From positions 15,776-79,775 of the forward strand of contig JAGOOK010000003.1 of the NCBI GenBank assembly GCA_017992555.1: a stretch of DNA of 64,000 nt, given 5' to 3'. This stretch comes from Caldisericia bacterium (GTDB taxonomy: Bacteria > Caldisericota > Caldisericia > JAAYUI01). Below, one piece after another: positions 9,367 to 17,668 of the stretch (the first letter of the stretch is position 1; each line of letters opens with the position of its first letter). The notes beneath the pieces were generated by a model, which was not told the origin of the DNA, searched no databases, and was given only the letters and a program-made list of their open reading frames with translations. The translations under genes were made by a program, and so were the position numbers.

Positions 9367-9394
9367 ATTGTAATAACCGATTTTTTGTTTTCAA
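9367..9394 (-). promoter_or_regulatory. Sigma70-like promoter for the serC operon
   Basis: The minus strand reads TTGAAA-16 nt-TACAAT. Confidence 0.4.
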
Positions 9395-9542
9395 GCGTTG
9401 ACCCACCAAAGTAGCCAAACTGGTTATAAAAAGTAAATTTTTATTGGGAAAATAATGATTAAATCGGACACCAGCGACTATGCCGCTATCCAATAATAGT
9501 AGATTTCGCCAATATAAAATGGACAAGATTATTTGAGTGTTT

Positions 9543-9968
9543 TTATGGTTTTGTAGGTGGTTGCAACCAGTAAAAGGCCCCAATCGTGTTGAAATACCCG
9601 AACAGATTGGTAATAAAGACATATATTCCTACCCAGAATGCTATTTTCATCCAGAGAGGGAGCTTAAAGAAGGAAAGGTTTTTCTTGGTTATTTCAAGAT
9701 ACACGCAGAGGATTATAACAACCATTCCAGCCAGTGTTACCCAAAAATTCCAGATTATCGAACGTGGATTCATGACAACAAGCAGGTTTCCAAATATTGC
9801 CATCGCGGATGCTGCTGTCACTGCCAATATCGTGTATAAATCAAGTTTATTCGAAACTATGGTTATTTTCTCGGCACTATCCGGCCCTTCGATAACTCTT
9901 CCGTCGTTTTCTTCCATTTTTTCGCTCCTTTGCCAAGAATGGTACATAAATACACATGTTTTTGTCAA
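9543..9968 (-). CDS. Small integral membrane protein, function unknown
   Basis: 141-aa ORF with 3-4 hydrophobic helices (LYTILAVTAASAMAIFGNLLVV, FWVTLAGMVVIILCVYL, IAFWVGIYVFITNLFGYF). Confidence 0.5.
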   Translation of the reverse strand: MTKTCVFMYHSWQRSEKMEENDGRVIEGPDSAEKITIVSNKLDLYTILAVTAASAMAIFGNLLVVMNPRSIIWNFWVTLAGMVVIILCVYLEITKKNLSFFKLPLWMKIAFWVGIYVFITNLFGYFNTIGAFYWLQPPTKP

Positions 9969-10152
9969 TAGGTAAAAAATTATTAAGTAGAAGGTGAAAC
10001 CATGCTAGGTAGCTAGTGTATCAGTATATGTGCCTGGCAAGTCATGTTTGTGGGTAAGAGAAAGATAATTAAAAAAGAGGAATACTTGCTAACAGGCCGC
10101 TAATATTGAGGGACTAGTATTGAGCCACCAAAAAATTGAAAGGAGAAAGTAT

Positions 10153-10248
10153 ATGGACCAGTTTATGTTTGCTGAAATGCTGATAGAGAACATCGTTAAT
10201 AACTACGGTTGCGATGATGGACACGATTGCAACCAGAATGAGCTCTAG
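10153..10248 (+). CDS. Candidate 31-aa small ORF (MDQFMFAEMLIENIVNNYGCDDGHDCNQNEL)
   Basis: Strong SD (AAAGGAG) 7 nt upstream of the ATG. Lies inside a 19-bp inverted-repeat pair. No homology call is possible. Confidence 0.3.
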   Translation: MDQFMFAEMLIENIVNNYGCDDGHDCNQNEL

Positions 10249-10264
10249 TTTACATGAACATGAC

Positions 10265-10292
10265 TTGCCAAGGCACTGGAAAACTTTATAAT
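10265..10292 (+). promoter_or_regulatory. Sigma70-like promoter for tRNA-Gly
   Basis: TTGCCA-16 nt-TATAAT, ending 11 nt before the tRNA 5' end. Confidence 0.45.
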
Positions 10293-10303
10293 CCCAACTG
10301 GTT

Positions 10304-10378
10304 GCGGGAATAGCTCAGTGGTAGAGCGTCGGCTTCCCAAGCCGGATGTCGCGGGTTCAAATCCCGTTTCCCGCTCCA
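10304..10378 (+). tRNA. tRNA-Gly (anticodon CCC), CCA encoded
   Basis: Hand-folded cloverleaf: acceptor GCGGGAA/TTCCCGC, anticodon loop TTCCCAA, T-loop GGTTCAAATCC, 3' TCCA. Confidence 0.93.
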
Positions 10379-10398
10379 GTGCCACACCAACAAGGAAG

Positions 10399-10425
10399 AA
10401 TGAGGCAAGGTCCGAAAGGGCCTTT
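10399..10425 (+). terminator. Rho-independent terminator after tRNA-Gly
   Basis: AAGGTCC-GAAA-GGGCCTT hairpin followed by T7. Confidence 0.55.
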
Positions 10426-10470
10426 TTTTATTTTTGTCGTTACTTGTTTTTTTAGGCTAAACCCTGGTAC

Positions 10471-10499
10471 TTGTCACAGGTCATCTTTTTGTTATAAAT
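10471..10499 (+). promoter_or_regulatory. Sigma70-like promoter for tRNA-Cys
   Basis: TTGTCA-16/17 nt-TATAAAT, ending about 10 nt before the tRNA. Confidence 0.45.
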
Positions 10500-10508
10500 A
10501 ACTTGCGC

Positions 10509-10583
10509 GGCGACGTAGCCAAGTGGTAAGGCGAAGGTCTGCAAAACCTTTATCCAGGGGTTCGATTCCCCTCGTCGCCTCCA
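10509..10583 (+). tRNA. tRNA-Cys (anticodon GCA), CCA encoded
   Basis: Acceptor GGCGACG/CGTCGCC, anticodon stem AAGGT/ACCTT with loop CTGCAAA, T-loop GGTTCGATTCC, 3' TCCA. Confidence 0.93.
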
Positions 10584-10594
10584 GTCAGAAAAAA

Positions 10595-11482
10595 TTACCC
10601 AAGCCTTTCAACATCAACCCCGTCTTTTTGGGCTTTTACGGCTTCTTTACTAGATAAAACCGTGTACATGGCCACATCAACAATGATAATTCCAAGGATC
10701 CCAGCCTGTTGGCCTAATGTTGCGATCATGGGAATATTTCTTGTTATTCTTGATAGCAACATGGCGCCAGAAACAATCGTTGCCATCACGAAAATAATAA
10801 GCCAGAAATTGTCCCTTGTCAGATGTATCGCATATTTAAATGAATCAATCAGCGATTCTGAAGATTCGCACCGGATGTAGGGAAGATAGGTCAATCTTAT
10901 AAAAAGAACCGATAATGCAATCACAGATGCCGATACGGCAAAGGACCAACCCACATAGGATGGAGAATCATGGATGATTGTTGGTGTTGCCTCGAGAATT
11001 GTCATTATGAGGCCTATCAAACCTGCAATGGACAATACTATCAGATTTATTGAAAGCCCGCCGATATATCTTGCAATTGCCCTGAATTGCCTAAAAGCTG
11101 ATGAGAGCTGTGCTCTTCCTCTTCTTGCGACTTCCAGCACAAAGAAAGCTGCAATGCCAGCAAGAACAGACAGGAGGAGTACATAAATTATAAATTCAGC
11201 CAGAGCGCCCAGTCCCTTTATTGCAACTACGCTCTCCCCGATCCTTGATATTTCTGAAAGTCCTTTTTGTGTTATTTTTTCTATAACTTGTGACCACTCC
11301 TGGCTTGGTGCCCCCTGCATTGACCATCCATTGCCTGCGATAAGTGATGAAATCCTGGGTAATAGCTGGTTTATCAAATAGGCGCATGCGGTCATGGAGA
11401 AAAGCAGGACGGTCAACTTTGTTAGCGACGTGCGTACTATTTGGTCTATTTTTCCGAAAATTTTTCCTATTTTTTCAAGCAT
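10595..11482 (-). CDS. Polytopic membrane protein, paralog family member 1 (DUF975/YciC-like architecture)
   Basis: 295 aa with multiple TM helices. Shares the motif LPYIRCESSESLIDSFKYAIHLTRDNFW with three neighbouring ORFs. Confidence 0.6.
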   Translation of the reverse strand: MLEKIGKIFGKIDQIVRTSLTKLTVLLFSMTACAYLINQLLPRISSLIAGNGWSMQGAPSQEWSQVIEKITQKGLSEISRIGESVVAIKGLGALAEFIIYVLLLSVLAGIAAFFVLEVARRGRAQLSSAFRQFRAIARYIGGLSINLIVLSIAGLIGLIMTILEATPTIIHDSPSYVGWSFAVSASVIALSVLFIRLTYLPYIRCESSESLIDSFKYAIHLTRDNFWLIIFVMATIVSGAMLLSRITRNIPMIATLGQQAGILGIIIVDVAMYTVLSSKEAVKAQKDGVDVERLG

Positions 11483-12305
11483 TCTCCATCTTCCTGTTTA
11501 TTGCTTCGGTATAAATGGGAAGCAAAAGCGTTAACGTGACGATTGTTTCCAGTGCCATAAAAAATTCAGTCAGCCCAATAAACCTGCCGGTGAGGCCAGA
11601 TATGGCGAAAAAGGTGATGGAAACCAGAAAAGACAAGCCCGCTATCACCCAGAAAAATGGTGCCGATATTTCGTATGACGAGACAAGTGTTTCCATGACC
11701 GGTTTTTTTGTCAGCGCGAACCCGAATGGTGCAAGTTGGAGCCTGATGATGAAAAATATCATTACGAGAGCTGATATCGCAACAAAAAAGATTGCAGCAG
11801 GAGAAACAAATATTCCGACAAGTATACCTATCATGAGAATGAAAAACATGAATGCAAATTCCAAGAGAAACATTGTGATCATTCTTGGCAGGAGCGCGAA
11901 ACCTTTTGAAAAGAAAGTTGATAGTCTTTCTTTGAGCGATCCTTTGGATGTGGCCATGTTTATGAATCCACCCGTAAAGAAAGAAGAAAAGAGCACTGTT
12001 CCTACAAAATATATCGCAATTGAAAGGCCGAGGGTCTTGAGCTCCTGAGCGGATAGCGATTGGGCCAAAGTAGAGCCTGATTCCATGTTTTTCAAGCCTG
12101 CCGTGATGATTGATGATATTGAATCCCCTGGTGGTACAATCTGACCAGTTATGGCTATTATTGGTATGCTCAGGATTATCAGCAATATTGTGTAAACAAT
12201 TGTTGCTATGGCAAAATCGGCCAGGTGTTCTTTTATGGTTTTTGCGAAGGTGACGAATGCGTTTTCCAATATGGTCATAAAAGCAAGTATAGTAAAGACA
12301 TACAC
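11475..12305 (-). CDS. Polytopic membrane protein, paralog family member 2
   Basis: 276 aa with GGFINM and APFGFALTKKPVMETLVSSYEISAPFFW motifs. Overlaps member 1 by 8 nt. Confidence 0.6.
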   Translation of the reverse strand: MYVFTILAFMTILENAFVTFAKTIKEHLADFAIATIVYTILLIILSIPIIAITGQIVPPGDSISSIITAGLKNMESGSTLAQSLSAQELKTLGLSIAIYFVGTVLFSSFFTGGFINMATSKGSLKERLSTFFSKGFALLPRMITMFLLEFAFMFFILMIGILVGIFVSPAAIFFVAISALVMIFFIIRLQLAPFGFALTKKPVMETLVSSYEISAPFFWVIAGLSFLVSITFFAISGLTGRFIGLTEFFMALETIVTLTLLLPIYTEAINRKMENA

Positions 12306-12355
12306 ACAGTCAACGCTTGACGCGGAATCTTTTTATACAATAATTTAGAAAGCAT

Positions 12356-12438
12356 GCCGGAGTGGCGAAATGGTAGACGCACGGGACTTAAAATCCTGCG
12401 GTGGTGACACTGTGCCGGTTCAAGTCCGGCCTCCGGCA
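12356..12438 (+). tRNA. tRNA-Leu (anticodon TAA), long variable arm, CCA not encoded
   Basis: Acceptor GCCGGAG/CTCCGGC, anticodon loop CTTAAAA, variable arm GCGGTGGTGACACTGTGC, T-loop GGTTCAAGTCC. Discriminator A is followed by GTTTTTT. Confidence 0.9.
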
Positions 12439-12466
12439 GTTTTTTATTTTATTAGTGGATAAAAAC

Positions 12467-13171
12467 ATGAAATCAAAACCATCTTTAGTTGTGTTGCATG
12501 GGCTTGGAGCAAGCTCCGAGTGGATGGGGATGTATAAAAAATCCTTTTCCAATAGCTACAACGTAATTATCCCAGATATGCCTTATTCGCCTGATTCCGG
12601 CCCGCATTGCGGCAGGAGTATCACAGGTTATGTGGACTACGTGTACGAATTATTAAAAGACACCATCGGAGGGGAAGGGTCCATCCTGATTGGAGAATCC
12701 CTTGGTGGTGCTGTTGCGATGATGCTTTGTCAAAAAATATCCTTTAAAAAACTGGTTCTAATTGCACCAAGCCTTGGAATTGAAAAGGGTTTTATGTCAA
12801 CATATTTGAGGATGTTGCTTGTTCCCGTTGACATTCTTGCAGAGCCTGTAGCAGAAAAGATTGCCAAATCTGATCCGGAGTTGGGGGCACTTTCCAAGAA
12901 GATCATGGTTTCAACACCTAAATGCAAAATGTTGAATCCACTTATCGCCATGAAGAGATTTAATGCCTTTAATCTGGAGCCGGGCTGTCTCCCTGAATTG
13001 CTTGTTATCGGAGGAAAGTACGACAAGGTCGTCCCAGAAAATAAACTCAGGCTGTTTGCAGGCAAACATGGTGCCAATTTGTACATAAATAATGAATCAG
13101 GCCACCATGTTGCTGTGAACAGGTGGCCTGATGTCGAGGCTAGGATAAAAGAATTTATTCCATGTCTTTAG
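12467..13171 (+). CDS. Alpha/beta-fold hydrolase
   Basis: Starts MKSKPSLVVLHGLGASS and has the nucleophile elbow GESLGG. The ORF-track start at 12401 lies inside tRNA-Leu, so I trimmed to the ATG at 12467. Confidence 0.75.
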   Translation: MKSKPSLVVLHGLGASSEWMGMYKKSFSNSYNVIIPDMPYSPDSGPHCGRSITGYVDYVYELLKDTIGGEGSILIGESLGGAVAMMLCQKISFKKLVLIAPSLGIEKGFMSTYLRMLLVPVDILAEPVAEKIAKSDPELGALSKKIMVSTPKCKMLNPLIAMKRFNAFNLEPGCLPELLVIGGKYDKVVPENKLRLFAGKHGANLYINNESGHHVAVNRWPDVEARIKEFIPCL

Positions 13172-14036
13172 TTTCGTAATCGTAGTCGTGTTGCTTGATA
13201 TATACTTCAAGGTATCTGAGGTCCCTGTCAAAGAATTGTGGTGAAATGATTGGCAGGTTGCGCTCTTCCTCCCATTCCTGGAGTCCTCTTATCATTATGA
13301 ATTCTTCAAATCCAAGAGACATCAGGAAGAAGTATGGCCAGAGACTCATGGAAGGGGTCACGGTAAAATTGGTGAAGTAGACGAGCAATACCGGGAAAAT
13401 TGAAATGAACAGTATCAAGAGCCTTATACCAAAGATTGCCCAGAACCTTCTAGATGTTGCCACCCATGAGCGCTTCAATGCTCTGAAAATGCCCTCTCCC
13501 GAGATGATCAATACAGGGGCGTATGAAAATTTGGTCAAAACCATATATGCCAGTATCAGCATGACAAGGTATATCCAGTTGATTGCAATTTGCGGAACAA
13601 AGATCGCTTCCATAAGGATTTGCAACCCATACATTGCACCAAGGAAAAGTGAGAAAAGAAGGACAAGGAAACTTGTGTAGGAAAACATTCTTTTTGTATA
13701 GAAAACTATTCCATTGATGAATGTTCTCTGAGCAATGTGCTTGGGGTCGACTGTTCCTATGAGAAACCTGTATGCACCAGCAAGGGCCGGTGCCGCTATG
13801 AACATCCAGAAGACCAGGAACAGTGCCACTGTGATGATGTTTGGTGTGGTTGGTAAGTTGATAAACGAAAGGATGCTTTTGGTCAGGCTTGGAGGGTTTT
13901 TGAAAGAGAAGGCCATTATTATTTCAGAAAGGAAGAGCGAGAAATAAATGGAGACTACGAATGCAGCTCCGACACCAAGAAGCCCTGCCACATGCCTTAG
14001 CATTTTCTGCCATGTTCTGGTCCAAAAATTGTTCAT
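13155..14036 (-). CDS. Polytopic membrane protein, paralog family member 3
   Basis: Start chosen at ATG 14036, which is preceded by AAGGAG (the ORF track extends to 14117). Carries the motif APVLIISGEGIFRALKRSWVATSRRFW. Confidence 0.6.
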   Translation of the reverse strand: MNNFWTRTWQKMLRHVAGLLGVGAAFVVSIYFSLFLSEIIMAFSFKNPPSLTKSILSFINLPTTPNIITVALFLVFWMFIAAPALAGAYRFLIGTVDPKHIAQRTFINGIVFYTKRMFSYTSFLVLLFSLFLGAMYGLQILMEAIFVPQIAINWIYLVMLILAYMVLTKFSYAPVLIISGEGIFRALKRSWVATSRRFWAIFGIRLLILFISIFPVLLVYFTNFTVTPSMSLWPYFFLMSLGFEEFIMIRGLQEWEEERNLPIISPQFFDRDLRYLEVYIKQHDYDYETKDME

Positions 14037-14049
14037 GATGCTCCTTTCA

Positions 14050-14928
14050 TTATGAGACGACACTTTCTGTTTCTTGCTCCCCCGAAACCATCCTGAATGC
14101 GGAAGCTGTTGCAACAATAGAGAACGTGAAGGCCGACCATGTCACAATACTCAAAAAAACGAAAAAGATTTTATCAAGGCCAAGTTCTAGTGGTAAGAAT
14201 GAAATCAATACACCGAGCAAGCTGCAAAAGAAACCGAGTACCAATTGTACAGCGAAAAGCTCAAAGTACCATGGCCAGATTGACTTCACTGATGCCAGGA
14301 GCGACTCCATAAAAGATTGGCCATTAAAGTAATAGAAAGGTACAAAGAGCAGTGGTGTTTTGATTATGCATACTGCGGTAAAGACGACCATTTCAAACAA
14401 AAAAATTGTCCATGGCGACCAGCTCTCTGCTACCCATGGAAGAGCAATTGAAACAAATGCTGCCAAACCATGGATTGCCAGGACAATTGGGAAAATCTGT
14501 GCCTGATAACCTACCATTCTGGCGCCTTTTTTGGTTATTCCACCTGCAAATTCTTGGCTTGAATTAACGTGTGTAAATCCACCAAGGACGAGGTTCAAGA
14601 TTCCACCCTGAAGGAAACCTGTAACAAAAACATTTATTATCACACCCAAGCCTATTGTCAGCCATTTTGTCATAGAATCCGGGATAACAAAAATCAATTT
14701 TGCAAGGTACCCGGATGTTTCAAAAAATGTTGGTTTTGAAAATATTTCATGTGAAATTACAGGGAGATCATTATTGCTTGGGAATATGACGAAAAGTATG
14801 GTACACATGAGAGCAAGAATAATAAATGGAACCAGCCTGTACATTGTTCCAAAGCCAGCCAGGGTTATATAGTTGGCCTTGATTGCCAGAAAAGTATTTT
14901 TCCAGAATTTCCTTTTCACTGCCATCAT
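14050..14928 (-). CDS. Polytopic membrane protein, paralog family member 4
   Basis: 292 aa with GGILNLVLGG and VPFYYFNGQSFMESLLASVKSIWPWYF motifs. Lies immediately upstream of member 3. Confidence 0.6.
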   Translation of the reverse strand: MMAVKRKFWKNTFLAIKANYITLAGFGTMYRLVPFIILALMCTILFVIFPSNNDLPVISHEIFSKPTFFETSGYLAKLIFVIPDSMTKWLTIGLGVIINVFVTGFLQGGILNLVLGGFTHVNSSQEFAGGITKKGARMVGYQAQIFPIVLAIHGLAAFVSIALPWVAESWSPWTIFLFEMVVFTAVCIIKTPLLFVPFYYFNGQSFMESLLASVKSIWPWYFELFAVQLVLGFFCSLLGVLISFLPLELGLDKIFFVFLSIVTWSAFTFSIVATASAFRMVSGEQETESVVS

Positions 14929-14949
14929 TATATCATTGCCATTCCCAAA

Positions 14950-16503
14950 TTAAAATGTATCCGGAACAAGGACGGACCTTTTCATCGAAGGGTGTGGTTT
15001 GAGTTCAAGGAGATAGAGGACCAGTCCTGTAACATCCGCCAGGCTCCCACCTTCGCCAGGCTCCCATGGTTTCCTGCCTTCCCTTGGGACGAAGATGCAG
15101 GGCACAAGATTTGTTGAATGGGCAGTCTCCTTGTTTCCATTCTCATCAAGCAACTGCTCTGCATTGCCGTGGTCCGATATAATCACAACATCATAACCAT
15201 GCTCATGGGCCGCATTGACTATCCTTCCGGTTGATTCGTCAACCTGTTTTATGGCCTTGATTGTTGCGTCAATATTGCCAGTGTGGCCAACCATGTCCGG
15301 GTTTGCCAGGTTGCAGACAATGAAGCTGTGTTTTTCGGTTTTGATGTCTTCCACAAGTTTTTCTTCAACCTGTGGGCATGACATTTCCGGCTGGAGATCG
15401 TAAGTGGGGACCTTTGGGGATTGCACAAGGACCCTGTCCTCGCCCTTGTAAGTTTCCTCTCTGCCTCCGTTGAGAAAATATGTCACATGGGCGTATTTTT
15501 CAGTTTCGGCGATGCGCAGCTGGGAGAGCCCTGCATCGGAAACAATTTTGCCAAGGGTGGTTTCGATGTCCTGTTTCAAAAGCTCTTCTGTAAAAATTAT
15601 TGGAAGAGTGAATGTTTCATCGTACATTGCAAAGCACGTGTAGTGTATCTTTGGGAACCTGTCCCTCTCAAAACCTGTAAAATCTTTTTCTGTGAGTGCC
15701 CTTGTGAGTTCCCTTGCCCTGTCAGGCCTGTAATTGAAATGTATGAATGAGTCGCCATCTTCAACCAGTGCCGGTGGTTTGCCACCATCCATTATGATCG
15801 TTGGGTTTATAAATTCATCAGTTTCACCCAGCAGATAGGCCTGGTCAACAGCTTCAATTGCCGATCTGGCATGCCTTCCTTTTCCGGATGTCAGGCAATC
15901 GTAGGCTATTTTTACCCTGTCCCAGCGGTTGTCCCTGTCCATGCTGAAGTACCTTCCCTGGACAGTTGCTATTTTTCCGCAACCGATTTCCTTTAGTTTG
16001 CCTTCAATTTCGGCAATGTATTTTTTGGCAGATTGCGGCGGTGTGTCTCTTCCATCGAGGAAGGCGTGCACGAACACGTTTTCAACCCCGCATGATTTTG
16101 CTGTTTTGACTATTTCGTAGAGGTGCTCCAGAACCGAATGGACACCGCCATCAGAACAGAGCCCTGCCAGGTGGAGTTTGCCTTTTTTGCCATTCTCTAT
16201 TGCTTTTAGCAATGTCGGATTTTTTTGGAACGTTCCATCTTCAATGGATTTGTTGATGAGTGTCAGTTTCTGGTAAACAACCCTTCCTGCTCCAAGATTG
16301 AGGTGCCCGACTTCCGAGTTCCCCATTTGCCCTTTTGGAAGCCCCACAGCCAGCCCTGATGCCTCAAGGAGTGTGTGCGGATATTTTCTCTGGAGCTCGT
16401 CAATGTTGGGTGTTCCGGCCAGAGTAATGGCATTTCCCGGGCCAGGCGGTGCCACCCCGAAACCATCCAGTATAAGAAGTAAAACTTTGTTGCCTGTTTT
16501 CAC
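14950..16503 (-). CDS. gpmI: 2,3-bisphosphoglycerate-independent phosphoglycerate mutase
   Basis: 517 aa with VLLLILDGFG, MGNSEVGHLNLGAGR, and the C-terminal DHGNAE metal site. Confidence 0.95.
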   Translation of the reverse strand: MKTGNKVLLLILDGFGVAPPGPGNAITLAGTPNIDELQRKYPHTLLEASGLAVGLPKGQMGNSEVGHLNLGAGRVVYQKLTLINKSIEDGTFQKNPTLLKAIENGKKGKLHLAGLCSDGGVHSVLEHLYEIVKTAKSCGVENVFVHAFLDGRDTPPQSAKKYIAEIEGKLKEIGCGKIATVQGRYFSMDRDNRWDRVKIAYDCLTSGKGRHARSAIEAVDQAYLLGETDEFINPTIIMDGGKPPALVEDGDSFIHFNYRPDRARELTRALTEKDFTGFERDRFPKIHYTCFAMYDETFTLPIIFTEELLKQDIETTLGKIVSDAGLSQLRIAETEKYAHVTYFLNGGREETYKGEDRVLVQSPKVPTYDLQPEMSCPQVEEKLVEDIKTEKHSFIVCNLANPDMVGHTGNIDATIKAIKQVDESTGRIVNAAHEHGYDVVIISDHGNAEQLLDENGNKETAHSTNLVPCIFVPREGRKPWEPGEGGSLADVTGLVLYLLELKPHPSMKRSVLVPDTF

Positions 16504-16574
16504 GCAATCAAGTTTACTTCAACATCAAAACGCTTCAAGTACCGCGATTATTAGCGTCCGATTTTGCCAAAACG

Positions 16575-16602
16575 TTGACAAAAGCACATCCATACTTACA
16601 AT
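16575..16602 (+). promoter_or_regulatory. Sigma70-like promoter for minDE
   Basis: TTGACA-16 nt-TACAAT. The -10 ends 11 nt before the minD ATG, implying a very short leader. Confidence 0.4.
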
Positions 16603-16613
16603 CTTCTAGCAAT

Positions 16614-17417
16614 ATGGGAAGATCTATCGTTGTTACTTCAGGAAAAGGAGGCGTTGGAAAAACAACGCTAACTGCAAACCTTGGATACGGGCTGTCGCTT
16701 GAAGGAAAAAAGGTGGTCCTGGTTGATACAGACATAGGTCTTAGGAATCTTGATGTCATACTGGGACTTGAAAACAGGGTTGTTTATGATGTTGTGAATG
16801 TCGCAGAGGGAACTTGTGAACTACAGCAGGCTCTTGTCAAAGACAAAAGGCTTGGTTCCAGTCTCTTTTTGCTGCCTGCCGCCCAGACCAGAAAAAAAGA
16901 AGATATATCAAATGACCAGCTGAAGCAGATTGTGACAGCTCTCAAAAAAGCTTTTGACTATGTAATTCTGGATTGTCCTGCAGGCATCGAGCATGGCTTC
17001 AACAATGCGGTCAACTCTGCAGACGAGGCGGTTGTTGTCGTAACACCCGAGGTTTCGTCTGTAAGAGACGCGGACAGGGTCATAGGCCTTCTGGAATCGG
17101 CAGGAGTGAATGACATCTCGCTTGTCGTAAACAGGATCAAACCAGAAATGGTCTCCTCCGGAGAAATGATGAGTGTCGAGGATGTGCTTGACATACTCGC
17201 TGTCAGACTTTTGGGTGTCATCCCGGAGGACAGGCAGGTAATCGTCTCAACAAACAAGGGAGAGCCAATAATTCTTAATGAAAAATCACTGGCCACTTCG
17301 GCCATAAAGGCCATCGTCAACAGGCTTGAAGGCAGGGAGGTCCCAATCCCCACTTTTGGCAAGAGGGGTTTCTGGGCGAGACTCTCTGATGCAATAACCG
17401 GCAGGAGGAAACAATGA
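16614..17417 (+). CDS. minD: Septum site-determining ATPase MinD
   Basis: Starts MGRSIVVTSGKGGVGKTT (deviant Walker A) and has a C-terminal amphipathic helix. The ORF-track start at 16575 is the TTG inside the promoter. Confidence 0.93.
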   Translation: MGRSIVVTSGKGGVGKTTLTANLGYGLSLEGKKVVLVDTDIGLRNLDVILGLENRVVYDVVNVAEGTCELQQALVKDKRLGSSLFLLPAAQTRKKEDISNDQLKQIVTALKKAFDYVILDCPAGIEHGFNNAVNSADEAVVVVTPEVSSVRDADRVIGLLESAGVNDISLVVNRIKPEMVSSGEMMSVEDVLDILAVRLLGVIPEDRQVIVSTNKGEPIILNEKSLATSAIKAIVNRLEGREVPIPTFGKRGFWARLSDAITGRRKQ

Positions 17418-17668
17418 GCTTTTTTTCCAGGGCCAAACCATCGGCCAGCATGGCCAAGGAACGGCTAAGAATGGTTTTGATACAGGACAGGTCGCTGCTT
17501 TCTCCCGGGATGCTTGACAGTATGAGAAAAGACATGATAGAGGTACTTAACAAATACTTTGTCGTCGACAATGAAGGCATTGAAATTGACATAGACAGCA
17601 AGGACACCTCGACAATGCTTGTTGCAAACATTCCGATCATCCAGACCAAAAGAAGAACTAATCAGTAG
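17414..17668 (+). CDS. minE: Cell division topological specificity factor MinE
   Basis: 84 aa with SASMAKERLRMVLIQDR. Overlaps minD by 4 nt. Confidence 0.9.
   Translation: MSFFSRAKPSASMAKERLRMVLIQDRSLLSPGMLDSMRKDMIEVLNKYFVVDNEGIEIDIDSKDTSTMLVANIPIIQTKRRTNQ

Noticed and set aside
12401-12466. N-terminal extensions of the hydrolase ORF into tRNA-Leu, and likewise 47395..47511 of tadA into tRNA-Arg.
   Set aside because: The extensions are translations of tRNA sequence. Internal ATGs (12467 and 47512) give canonical protein N-termini.
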